A stretch of 64,000 bases of DNA from Botryllus schlosseri (taxonomy: Eukaryota): contig CM119376.1 in assembly GCA_051294905.1 (NCBI GenBank), forward strand, positions 372,001 to 436,000. Reading direction: 5' to 3'. A program made the position numbers and the translations under genes. The notes beneath the pieces were generated by a model that did not search any database, had not been told where the DNA came from, and was given only the letters and a program-made list of their open reading frames with translations. How positions within the stretch are numbered: position 1 is the stretch's first letter; each line of letters opens with the position of its first letter. Positions 11,773 to 23,025 of the stretch are shown here, piece after piece.

Positions 11773-14754
11773 CACTAGAACGATCAAGTGGCTTTTTTGA
11801 CGCATTTTCATTTTTGAAGAGTTGGCATTCAGTCAAATCTTACGCTGTTCGGCTGAAACTTCTTGACTTTTATCTATTTTATGTAGGCCACCTTACCTAT
11901 GATTTTCATCACTCATCTAGTACAAATATAAAAGTTATACACAGACCTACCTAGAACTACCGAGTTGCTTTTTTGACGCATTACAGTTTTTCTACCTTCA
12001 GGCATCATAGTTTCATATTCTTGACGTGGTTATATATCTGATAAACAAAGAAAAGCAGTTTGTAACAACAGAACTTTGTTAATATCTACTTGGTCTTAAC
12101 TGTGTTAGCAACAACATCCCTTGTAACAGAAGGCCCTGGATCTTCCTCGTTCCGAGTCACCAAAGCTCTGTAATGTTATATTTCTGAAGCTCAGCGTGTT
12201 ACAGGACATCACATGTGAAATGTACCACAGGACATCACATTTGAAATGTACCATTAGACCGAGCCTACATCTGTATTGTCCATACTAATATACTAGGGTT
12301 GTACAAGGGAAAAGGGCCTTTGCTCCGGTCTACGAGATGGATCTTCGGGTGGGAGAGGGAGCTGAATCTAGTAAATTGAATGCATATGAGGACTGAGGGC
12401 ATGGATGCATTATGTTTAGAGCCCGACCGATTATCGGCTCGCCGATAATATCGAGTCGATATCACGCTTGGAGAGAAATATCGGTATCGGCCTTTGAAGG
12501 TAAAAAAATATCGGCTATTTTCGTGACGTCACAACATGGTGGCAGGGAGTCAAGAGAAGTCGATGAAAGACGTGAGGACGGTCAATTATAAAAATAAATG
12601 GCCAAGCTGCATATAGTGCATACTGCATACAGGGCAGTAGGCGTGTCTATCTGAATATTATAGATAACTAACCACCGTTATGCCCCACTGACTTCGTGGG
12701 AATCCCCCTGCAGTAATCGATCACGAAAGACAGAGAGCAGCTGGATGGATAGTTGTCTGCAGAAGATTTCAATCAGTAAGAGAAATGAGAACTTCAATCA
12801 TGCTGGACTGACCCTCGTAATGATAGAGAAAAGCGTCGCGTCGAAACATTTCCCGGTTCGGTACCAACAGAGCTAATTATACCAGTAATGTATGAAGTCG
12901 TCTGACTAAGGCCTGCGGCTGCGGGGCCACCATGATAGGAAATATGCGAGCATAGAGGGCAAGAAAACCAAGCAAACGTGGAGTAAAGCCAGTAATTGAT
13001 ACGAAAATTTTTGATTCCATGATGACATTGCCCAATTCTGACGAAAGAGTGTAAAATATTGATCAATTGATTGTTCAAATGCTGGTCAAAGGCCCATGGG
13101 GGATGGGTGGAGCAGCTGCAGACGTGGACAATTTGAGTTGTTTTGCACATTCTCATCACCTATTGGTTAATGATGTGCTGAAGGCTCCAGGTGCATTGTC
13201 AGAACAATATCAATATTGGGTTAAACCATTGAAGGAAAGATCCCCTGCAAGGGAGCGGTGGAACCGAAAGGAAGAAAGATTTCCTGCTGTGCCACTAACT
13301 ATGCTACCAAGTGAAAGACTGCTCACTGTGTTTAGTACTATATACATCATCTATGGAAGACCACAGAAGTTCACTCCTTGGAGAAAGGGCCGATAAATTG
13401 TGCTTCATGAACTGTAATCTGCAACTGCTGGTGCTTTTGATACATTTTTATAGTTCCTTGATCATTTATTTCATGTTCAAGCATATCAATGGCTGTAAAG
13501 TTGTTGAAAGAAATGCTCTGAGGTGTTAAATATGGGCCTTGAGCTAGATTCCATATCTTTTGAATATCGGCTGAATATATCGGCGTTATCGGTGGAGGTA
13601 CTGGATATCGGTCTTATCGGTATCGGCTCAGAAATCCAATGTCGGTCGGGCTCTAATTATGTTTAGTCAGGCCCTCTCGAGGAACAGGTTTATGGAAGTC
13701 GTGAGCTTTCTATTGGCATAAGGAGTACAAAAAGGTGCGGACTCGATAAAGATAATCTTGTTTTCGTTCATTACATGGTCGAAATGCCAGCAAATAATTG
13801 GGGTAAAATGTCAGATGGTGTACGCTGCTGCTACCAAGTATCTGTACATGGGCGTCTCATATTTAGGCAAGGATAGGACAGGACACCTCTTCCATAATCT
13901 ATACATTTGCCAAGCACAGTAATGTGAAGAGTCTGATGTAATCCATCTTGAAATAATGTTACGTGAATGTGGCTATATACGCTTGGAGAAGCAAACGAAG
14001 TCCCAGTTGTCACTATTGTCAAAAGTTGCTTGAAGCTACCCAGGATCAGAAGGAACACAGGCAGCTTCATGTAGCCACACTTTTCAAAGCTATCATCTTG
14101 TTGATAAGCGTAACGGCGTGATGCCAGTGTAGAGATCGAAGTTGTACACATATTGAGTTCACTCCAACCGGAGGTAACTGTTTCCTTCAGAAACAACACA
14201 AACAAGAAACCCGTGACGGTTAAATGTTATAACGAAACAAAACCAGGGGGATATTATTGGCCAGGTTGCAAGGCAGTGTTCTATGAGGGGACCAACAAGT
14301 CGACGATGGTCCGTGCATGTTTTCTTCTACTTGCCAAAATGCCGATGCTATAAAAATATGCAAATCGAGGATTAGTTGCGAGATTGCATTATGCAAATCT
14401 TATCTGATAAGCTTTATGATATGTCAGCAATAACCAAGAAGGATGATGTGGCTAAAGCGGATCTGGAACCTACTCCAAATTGTTAAAGAACGTGCTCAAA
14501 TACCAAATGCGCACCAGAACAACACTTATATGTCACACCCAAAAACGGCGATTTGTTATATAAGTCTTGCACTAAGGTCTATGTAAAATATTGCAAGTAG
14601 CTGTGAGCGCAATAAACAATGGTTTCTGATGCCGTTTCTTGAGATTTGTGCTGATTTTTAGCACAAGTGAATGCATTTAATCGAAGAAAATTCAACATGC
14701 GTCAAAAAGCCACAAGGTAGTTCTAGGTAGTTCGAAGTTCCGGTAGTTCTAGTG
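11773..14754 (+). mobile_element. piggyBac DNA transposon with decayed transposase
   Basis: TTAA TSD at 11769-11772 and 14755-14758; TIR CACTAGAAC/GTTCTAGTG; transposase remnants LSRNRFMEVVSFL, GVK...TKYLYMGVSYLGK and YNETK-GG-D; inserted in the ITINVNG codons of E2 APE. Confidence 0.85.
12417..13655 (+). mobile_element. Internally deleted hAT transposon nested in the piggyBac
   Basis: 8-bp TSD attatgtt; TIR TAGAGCCCGACCGA; TATCGG subterminal repeats; transposase remnants CFAHSHHLLVND and PSER (hAT dimerisation region). Confidence 0.85.
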
Positions 14755-15329
14755 TTAATCGTGATGATCTTACAACCGAAGAGCTCTGTGTTATGGTTCA
14801 TTTCCGACGGGGGTTGATAGGGTGCTTGGCCTTCCATTGTGAAGATAAAGATAAAAGGGGTTGAGGCATTTCTTTCTTCAATTTCTTGTCATGTATTTCT
14901 TTATTTTTATTCATTTTTCAGTATTTTTTGTTTGTTTTGTTTTTGTCGATTTTTTCCTCCTCGGAGCTGGTGTGGTAAGGTCTTTTGGAGCTAGGGCTTC
15001 TGTGCTATCCTCTTCTTCAGTTTGAGGATCTTGGTGTTCGTTAGGTTCTTGTAGGGTTCTTGTAGGTTGTTCTCTTCATTACTTCCAACTGTCATGTTTT
15101 GTTCTAACTCTTGGGGGGGTAGGAAACTCATGAGTTTTGGGCAGTTAGAGCTCTACGGTGGCCCGGTTGTTTGCATTCAAGACATGCTCTCACTCCCAAA
15201 CAGTTTCGGGCTGTGTGGCCTTTCCGAAGGCAGTGAAAGCATTCAGGTTCATATTCTCAGGCCAACATTTAATAGGGGTCACGATTCCGTCAAGGGTACA
15301 TGGCATAGATTGCTCTTGAGGATTCGATA

Positions 15330-16937
15330 TTTCTTTTTCTTTGTCTTTATTCTCGCTTTGTTTCTATCCCCTCGTCATTCTTGCCCTTCTTTCTGTGTTA
15401 CTACCGCGGTTTTGCCGTCCGCAATCTGCTTAGTAGTTTCGCACATGCTGGACATTCCCTCAGTCCTGTTTGATCTTGTTTTAATCTGGCTGTGTTACCA
15501 CATCCCACGCACAGTTGACATGCTCCCCTTGCACACTGCACAGTTTCTTATTTCTCCCTGGACAGGTTTTCTTCCGGCGTATACCATCGCCCCTTCCCTG
15601 CAACATGCCTTGAAGAGGTAGTGCTTTTTATTGCATGCAAGGCATGCGCTATAATGTGACTTCTTGTCATCTATCACTTTTGCGCTGCAATCTGCAGATG
15701 GGAACTCCAGTACGTCTTCCCAATCAGGTAAGGTCAGAGTTTGGTTGTCCCATTCTCCTATCCTGTTTGGTTGTCCCATTCTCCTATCCTGTTTGCTTCA
15801 GAGTCTATACTTTCTTCTTCTGATCTGCTTCTGCTGCTACTTTTTATCTACTTTTTATCGACGGCTTGGTATCGTTCTCCGTAGTTCCCGATTCATTGCT
15901 CTTTCTACTAATGAATTGGCTTTCTCCACTCGTTTCTACGTGCATTATCTGTGACGTCAAGTGAACAACTGATTCCTCAGCCGCACCCTGATTTTCTTCC
16001 GTTACACTGATTTTCGTTAGAGCGGGGTTGCTCTACCAGCTGTTCGACTTCTCTCCCATATATGGGCGCCTTGTATTCATCCGCTCTTCCGTTCTGCTTT
16101 GCTTCGGTCTTTTTCTAGTTTTGTGCCGCGCCCATCTCTACAACGCCCTCTCGCGGTGCATCGATGAAGATCAGTCTTCTTGCCAAGCTGCTTTCTCCTT
16201 TCGCGTTGTTTTGGTCCAAGTGTCTCTGCATATTTGCTTGTATCGGTGTGGATTGTAATTTCCACACTGCGTGTGCCCATCCTCTCATGGCTCTGTTCAT
16301 TGGATTTGGCTGCTTCTGCGGTTTTGTCATTTTTTGGTCACATAGTTTCGCAATATGACCCGGTCTTCCACAGTGTGCACATGTGGCTATATGTCCTCTG
16401 CCTGACTGCGATTTTCGTCCCCTCAATGTAGATGTGGGATTTGATGGGGTGTTCTTCCAGAGCTTTCTTCTCGATCAGTATACTGCGTACTCCATTTTTA
16501 TATCCCATATTGTCTCTTTGTTCGAAGATACTTTTGATGGGTCCGTGATTTTCTTTGAAATAATCTTCTATTTTACTGTTTTCCATACGTATCGGTACCC
16601 AGCTAAGGTACACCGCCACAGTTTCTGCTATGTATAACCAGTTAGAGCGGAGATCTGCGCCCTCTTTTTTCTTTTGCACCATGGTTCTATCTGCTTGGAT
16701 TGCAAGTCTCCTTTCTCTGAACGTTATGTCTATCTGTCCACTTGGGTATTTGATCAACCCTTCTATTTCTTCTTTGTCTATTCCGGCTCTCTCGAAGAAC
16801 GTCAGGAGCTCCTCTTTTTCCGGTATAAATCCCATTTTAACTCCCATGTCGCATGTTCTGTCGACATTCGATATAGATCCCGCCTTATTGGCGTACGTTG
16901 TTTCTTCCATTTTCCTTTTCTTCGACTATTCAACTAG
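15330..16937 (-). mobile_element. Tx1 element E3 (ORF1 only; ORF2 deleted)
   Basis: ORF 16338-16910 (TYANKAG...DRTCDMGVK, GQIDITF) homologous to ORF 44051-44731; knuckle CAHCGRPGHIAKLC; Cys-rich C-terminal block at 15495-15779. Confidence 0.75.
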
Positions 16938-16960
16938 TTGGCGCCTCCCTTTCCAAGGCC
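16938..16960 (-). other. H4: Histone H4 coding remnant, codons G9-K16 (GLGKGGAK)
   Basis: Minus strand reads GGC CTT GGA AAG GGA GGC GCC AA, exactly between the 3' end of E4 and the 5' end of E3. Confidence 0.75.
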
Positions 16961-19883
16961 TACATTTGTTAGGGGTTGCTACATCTCAAAATGTACCTGT
17001 CAGAGATATCTCTCTGGCCTGTAGCAGTTTGGGAGGTTGCTCTTTTTTCTGTTCTTTAGATTTCTTCCAGTACTTGGTCGAGAATTTCTTCCAGTACTTG
17101 GTCGAGAATTTCTTCCGCCCTCGGTTGGTGTTCTTGCCTTCTTCTTCGTCTCAGTCTTCTTGTACATGACCTCAAAAGCCAAATATGTGTTATTTGTTTA
17201 CCCTCGTGCTTTTTAAGGTTTCTCGCATCCCATGTGGTCTGTTTGAGCGTCGATATAATCTTGATGTAGGCAAGGAGTTCGTCCTGTGTCATTGGAGTTG
17301 CTGGGTCCATGTTGATGATTTCTTGAAGGCCTGGCCGCGCTGCTGCTCGCCCCTTGACTTGATTCCATGCGTCTGTAAATACAAATATCATTGGTTTGAT
17401 CTTATCGAATACTGTTCGTGGTATTCGATATCTGTTTCGCATAGCGGGCAGTCTCTTGTTCTGGAGGCCAGTGTCGCTTGCAGTTTTTCATTTGTGGGGA
17501 GCAGTCTATTGGCTATGTCCCAATTTAGCTTCCTCTGCTCGTGCGTGAGGTAGGTGTTATCGATTTTGTTTTTCCCATACCTTCTCATGGAGAGAGCTAG
17601 CTGGTTTTCCAGCCTTCTCTCCTATTCTGATTCCGGTTTTGCTTCTTTTTGCAGATATTTCAGCGCTGGCTTCATGAACGCGAGGTCAGTCATGGTCGGA
17701 ATGTCGATCAAGTCCAGTCCACCCATTCCCTTGGTCTGTATAAGCTTCTCGTATTCAATTTGCCGTCGAGTCCCATCACGAATGCTGCCGTTTCTATTTC
17801 AAGCTTCTTCTTAATGAGGGCCGGCATTCTGTCCTTCGATGCTGTGTATGTAAAAAGAGGCAAAATGTTAGTGCAAATTATGCTGACCTTTTCATGCTGA
17901 CCTTTTCATGCCTTTTTAAGTATAGGGCTCTCCACTCATTGAGTTTGTCGACTGTTTTGTTGATCGCTTCAGTCCATGGCTCCGTTTCAGCTTTTTCCTC
18001 GTGTGCTATGATATGGCCGAGAGCAGTTAGCTTGTTCGTCCATTGGAATTTCGTGGTGGGCTGTCTCCATCTTTTCCGTTCGAACGTTATGCCCTTCGTT
18101 TTCTCCCGATTGATCTGTAGCCCGATCGCTTTACCAAATTCCTCTATTATATCGATTGCTTTGTTGCTGTCCGCCTCTTTTGCAAGCGTCACGGTGATGT
18201 CATCCGCGTATGAGGGTGTGGCTATTTTTTCTTTCATGCCAGCGAGCTTGTAGCCTGTAATGGAGCTGTTAAGCTGCCGCAAGAGCGTGTCCGTTACTAT
18301 AGTAAATAAATACATAGAGATAGGATCGCCCTGTTTAATACCTTCCCGTATTTTGATGCTTTCACCAATTGAGCCGCCTATGGATATGGTTGCTTCCCCA
18401 TTTTCGTATATTGCTCGGTAAAAACTCCGGAAGTTGTCGCCCAGGCCAGCCGCTTTCAGCGCTTGATGTAGGAATTGGTGGTCGATTGTGTCGTACGCCT
18501 TGCGAAAGTCTATTGAGATGATGGCCCCTTGATTTCGCTCTCGCATTTCTGCCGCAATTTCCCTTAAAACAAGGTTGAAATTGTCCATGTTATTCGGTGG
18601 GTTTACGTACTGATGGTGGTGCGTAATTTGTGGCAGGGCCTTTTTCAATCTGTTCGTCAGAATTTTGCTGATGATCTTGTAATCCACATTGAGCAGAGTG
18701 ATTGGGCGGTAGTTTTTCATTTCCTTATCGTCACCTTTCTTGTGGATGGTCTTTATTATTCCAATTGCAAATTTGCTGGTGGCGGTGTGCTGTTTTGCTG
18801 GTGGCGGTGTGCTGTAAGTAGAGTTCGTTGAAAACCAAGGTTAGATTTTTCGCTATTAGGTCTAGAGCTTGTATGTAGAACTCGGCACCTATGCCGTCTT
18901 TCCCGGGTGTTTGATTTCGTTTTTGCTGGAGTATGGCTAGTCTCACTTCATCTTCCGTGATGGGCCGATCTATCTCTTCCCGCTGGCTTTGCGTTAGCCG
19001 TCCAGCTTGCGATCTGAAAAAGGAGTCAGCAATATTGGGATCTGAGCTTTTCTTACTGTATAGATTTTCGTAGTATTCTTCTGCAGTCTTTCGGATCTGT
19101 GGTGATGTCGCCGGCCGCGTTTCTGATTGCACTGATTGAGGCTACCTCCTGCCGTTTCTTGATGGCCTCGCATAGCATGTATGGTTTTTGGCTTAGCGTT
19201 TCTTCCGCCTCGGCTTTTGCTTCCTTCTGGAGTTTTTGGATGTTCCCCTCCTTGTTTTTCCATATTTTCTTTTTCACCCTTCTGTATTCAGGCAAAAGAG
19301 CAATGTTACAGAGAACACGGTTTCTTACTGTTTTTAATTCTTTATCATCTTCTTTTTGTCGCTTCTTTTGTTGCCTTCGCTCCCTTGCGACATATTGAAT
19401 GTTCAGATGCTTCAGCCTTCGCTTCGGTTTCCCACGCTTTCCATTTGTTTTCTAGCTCCCTCCGGAACGTCTCTTGCTTGTAAATGTCGGTGTTGTTTTT
19501 CCAGATCGTTCGTTTCGTATCGTGTTGCTGTCCCATCTTCACTGTGGCAACGGTCGCGTCATGATCTGTAAAGGCACAAGGGACATTACAGTTTACCGTT
19601 TGGATGCTTGGCGTGGTGTAGATTCTGTCGAGCCGTGATTTGCCTGCGTTGTAAAAGAAGGTGTATTCCTTTTGGTTACCGTTGGCTTTTCTAAACGTAT
19701 CCTCGACCCCCATTGTCTTCATTGCGTTCGCGTGGCGGTTAGCTTCTTCTCTTCTCTGGTCGACGGGTTGCCGATCGAGTTCACAGGAATCCACGCCGTT
19801 GAAGTCTCCCGCTATGATTTAGTGTTTTGTACCCCTCGCCCTTGTGGCAAGCTGTCGCAGCTGCATTCTTCTTTTGAACCTGT

Positions 19884-20306
19884 TGTTTTGACGAGTCATG
19901 TTTTAGTTACTGTCCTTTATTTTCATTCCGTTATTCTCCTCGACAGCTCCATGAATATTCTACTCGACAACTCCTAATTGTTTTGTTTCATTTAATGATT
20001 GGTTGATTGAATTGTTGCATCGTCCGTTTTCGTTTACCTTTATATTGCTCTGTTGCTGCTATTTCTTTCTCCATTCAACTGTTATCGGACGAGCAAGCAA
20101 TCTTGCGAATCTCGCCATTTAACGTATCAATATTCTGAACAAGCTATTCCGTATTGTATGTTTTGGACTACTTGTATTTGAAACAGAAGAGATTTGAGAT
20201 ACGCAACGCTTGCTTAGTACCAAGATTGCCAGATTTAGTGTGCAGCAGACAGGATCCCGACACCTGATAAAGCGCCACTCATTGATTTCAGTGCCGCGTC
20301 GGAACA
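19884..20306 (+). repeat. 5' LTR of BEL/Pao element
   Basis: tgttttgacgag...gcgtcggaaca, repeated at 22499-22921. Confidence 0.95.
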
Positions 20307-20323
20307 ATTCGCAAGATTGCTTG
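20307..20323 (+). promoter_or_regulatory. Putative self-priming primer-binding site
   Basis: attcgcaagattgcttg starts at the first base after the 5' LTR, lacks TGG, and is the exact reverse complement of LTR bases 20094-20110. Confidence 0.7.
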
Positions 20324-20471
20324 TTAAAGCCGATATCTTCGAGACGCTCTTCGATTCAGGCGCCGCATGGTATTACTCTATATTCAAGACTCTGCTGCGC
20401 TACGAAGATCGATCGACTCTGCTTGGCACTAAATCTGCTACATTTACATAGTTGTTGTATTCAATTGAACG

Positions 20472-22451
20472 ATGTCGTTTGTGAAGTCTCCATCGGAATC
20501 TCCCAAGTCTCCAACCTTGGCACCGACTTGGAAGCCATTAGCTAAGATGACGGTCGACGATTTACGACCCGAATTACAAGAACTTGGCGAAGCTACAAGT
20601 GGGAGCGAAGCTGTATTGACGGACCGATTAGGGAAAATCCTAGATTCCGACAAACCTTCACAAAAGAAAGAACCAAAGCCCTCTCCATTGAGCACCACCG
20701 AGAGTACATCATCTGAACTGGTTATGCTTTTTCAGATGATGAAGCATCAGCTAGATCTCGATCGGCAGCAGCAGCAATTAGATCGCGAAGCTTCTGACCG
20801 TAAGTTTCAGTTGCAGCTCGAGGAGATCAAGCAGAAGCACGCTCAAGACCGTGAAGAATCCGAAAGACGATTCAGACTGCAATTAGAAGAAATTCGACAG
20901 CAGTCCGATAACCATTCATCGGCAAGCAGGGGACATTCACGTCTACACGAGGTTGTTATAAAGAAGTTCAGGCGCATGAATGCTGACCTCTTAGAGTCTT
21001 TGCAAGCTCTGGAGAAGAAACACGCACATTCCACCTCCGTCGAAGAAATTAAGGTCTTCATACGGTCGGTAGAAATATCAATGACCGATCTCAAGGCATT
21101 CGTGGATTCAAAAGTCGACCAGCTTGACGATGGTGATTTCAAGACCGAAATCATTGATGGCATGAGAAGATCAAAAGAAATTTATTTTGTACATATTCCT
21201 CTTGCCAAATCCAAGTCTTCATCGCTGAAAGCTGCCGAAGAAGCGGAAAAAGCCGCTGGATCCCTCCCGAGTGGAATAGTGCCGCCTACATTCAATGGCG
21301 ATATTTTGACTTTTCCTGCATTTTGGGAGTCGTTCGAGCCATTGGTTCACAAAAATCCAAAGGTCAGTCCATTTTACAAAATCTCGTATTTAAAGGCAGC
21401 TCTTAAAGGTTCGTCATCCGGCCTTCTCAATGGTTTCCCCTCGGCGGCAGTGAATTATGAGCCTGCAGTAGAAGCCGTTCTTAAAAGGTACGGAAAGAAG
21501 CAAGCGATCGTGAGAAATCACATCGAAGACTTACTACAAGGTGAGAAAGTAGAATTTAAGATCGACAAAGTCAGACAACTTCTCGATGCCGCTACTGCTA
21601 AAAGGGCCATTTTATCGCAGTATGACGTCTCTTGGGACCAACTCTTTACACAGGTACTAGAGTCCCAGTTGCCTGGTACGTTGCATGAGCGTTGGATCAG
21701 AAAAACTAGCCCCTTGATCGAAGCCGATAAGATTCCTGATTCTGATCTCCTGTTTGAGTTTCTAAGAACCGAGTTGGCGACGATGGAATCGTTGCGTAAG
21801 TCGCAGAATGGGCGTTGCGCTGTTGACGTACGTGAAAAGCCCCCACATAAAGATGAGCTGGTTAGTGTTGGTACCGATAAACCTGACAATGCATTTTCTG
21901 CCCAGTCTCTCGTGATTCAATCCGTCCAGCTATCATGCACCTACTGCTCAAAACCTCATTTATTGAAAGATTGTTTTAAATTTCTGAAATTAAATCCCGC
22001 CCAGCGATTGGCTGACTTGGTTATGAAGCCTGGTAAAGTGTGTTTTAGATGCTTATCCCCGAAAGGACACAAACACCACCCGAAACACTTTCATCAATGC
22101 AAGGAGCGTTGTACCGTCACTGGTTGTGGGAAAACCCACCACAAATTGTTACACGTTTCTGCGGAGCCATCGATCGGTTCCAAGTGTATGGTAACAACTA
22201 TTGACGGTTCCACCTCTGCATTGCGGGATTCAAATTCAAACGCATTATTGCCTACTGCGTCGGGACGTATCAACCACAATGGTGATGGTAAACCGGTTAG
22301 AATCGCGTTTGACTCATTTTCCCAGAAGAGCTTTGTAACTCGTGATCTAGCTGATTCATTGAAGCTATCACCGATTAAAAGCGATTGTCTCGGCATTAGC
22401 GGGTTCGGCGGTAATTCTAAATCTATTCGTTCGTCTTTTGAAGTTGGGTAG
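20472..22451 (+). CDS. gag: BEL/Pao Gag with N-terminal SAP-like motif, capsid-like (DUF1759-type) region, Cys/His knuckles and truncated aspartic protease
   Basis: Uninterrupted 659 aa: MTVDDLRPELQELGEATSGSEAVLTDRL; PPTFNGDILTFPAFWESF; CTYCSKPHLLKDC, CFRCLSPKGH, CTVTGCGKTHHKLLH; RIAFDSFSQKSFVT...ISGFGG. Confidence 0.9.
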   Translation: MSFVKSPSESPKSPTLAPTWKPLAKMTVDDLRPELQELGEATSGSEAVLTDRLGKILDSDKPSQKKEPKPSPLSTTESTSSELVMLFQMMKHQLDLDRQQQQLDREASDRKFQLQLEEIKQKHAQDREESERRFRLQLEEIRQQSDNHSSASRGHSRLHEVVIKKFRRMNADLLESLQALEKKHAHSTSVEEIKVFIRSVEISMTDLKAFVDSKVDQLDDGDFKTEIIDGMRRSKEIYFVHIPLAKSKSSSLKAAEEAEKAAGSLPSGIVPPTFNGDILTFPAFWESFEPLVHKNPKVSPFYKISYLKAALKGSSSGLLNGFPSAAVNYEPAVEAVLKRYGKKQAIVRNHIEDLLQGEKVEFKIDKVRQLLDAATAKRAILSQYDVSWDQLFTQVLESQLPGTLHERWIRKTSPLIEADKIPDSDLLFEFLRTELATMESLRKSQNGRCAVDVREKPPHKDELVSVGTDKPDNAFSAQSLVIQSVQLSCTYCSKPHLLKDCFKFLKLNPAQRLADLVMKPGKVCFRCLSPKGHKHHPKHFHQCKERCTVTGCGKTHHKLLHVSAEPSIGSKCMVTTIDGSTSALRDSNSNALLPTASGRINHNGDGKPVRIAFDSFSQKSFVTRDLADSLKLSPIKSDCLGISGFGGNSKSIRSSFEVG

Positions 22452-22498
22452 ATTATGAAAGAGTCTGTTGACCGATCATAGTCGGTCAAGTGGGGGAG

Positions 22499-22921
22499 TG
22501 TTTTGACGAGTCATGTTTTAGTTACTGTCCTTTATTTTCATTCCGTTATTCTCCTCGACAGCTCCATGAATATTCTACTCGACAACTCCTAATTGTTTTG
22601 TTTCATTTAATGATTGGTTGATTGAATTGTTGCATCGTCCGTTTTCGTTTACCTTTATATTGCTCTGTTGCTGCTATTTCTTTCTCCATTCAACTGTTAT
22701 CGGACGAGCAAGCAATCTTGCGAATCTCGCCATTTAACGTATCAATATTCTGAACAAGCTATTCCGTATTGTATGTTTTGGACTACTTGTATTTGAAACA
22801 GAAGAGATTTGAGATACGCAACGCTTGCTTAGTACCAAGATTGCCAGATTTAGTGTGCAGCAGACAGGATCCCGACACCTGATAAAGCGCCACTCATTGA
22901 TTTCAGTGCCGCGTCGGAACA
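22499..22921 (+). repeat. 3' LTR of BEL/Pao element
   Basis: Follows the PPT; followed by TSD cctgt. Confidence 0.95.
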
Positions 22922-23025
22922 CCTGTTGTTATGCCCATAGTATGAGGTTATATCTATTTTCTGGGCACCTACTTGCACTCTTAGCTGTATCATTCTCCCC
23001 TCCGTGTCATTCGTTACGTTCAGTG

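Larger units (their letters stand above)
3682..15330 (-). mobile_element. Tx1/L1 element E2 (3' end to ORF1 zinc knuckles), split by two DNA transposons
   Basis: AATAAATAAA at 3683-3692 (minus); C-terminal Cys/His region near 4080-4200; RT motifs at 9419-10583 (QQYADD, LRQGCPLS, DQEKAFD, NWRPISL); APE at 11154-11768 and 14759-14801; two CCHC knuckles at about 15100-15250. Confidence 0.8.
19884..22921 (+). mobile_element. Non-autonomous BEL/Pao LTR retrotransposon (Gag plus partial protease only), very recent
   Basis: Two 423-bp TG...CA LTRs, identical on manual comparison; 5-bp TSD cctgt; PPT aagtgggggag at 22488-22498; no RT, RNase H or integrase. Confidence 0.93.
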
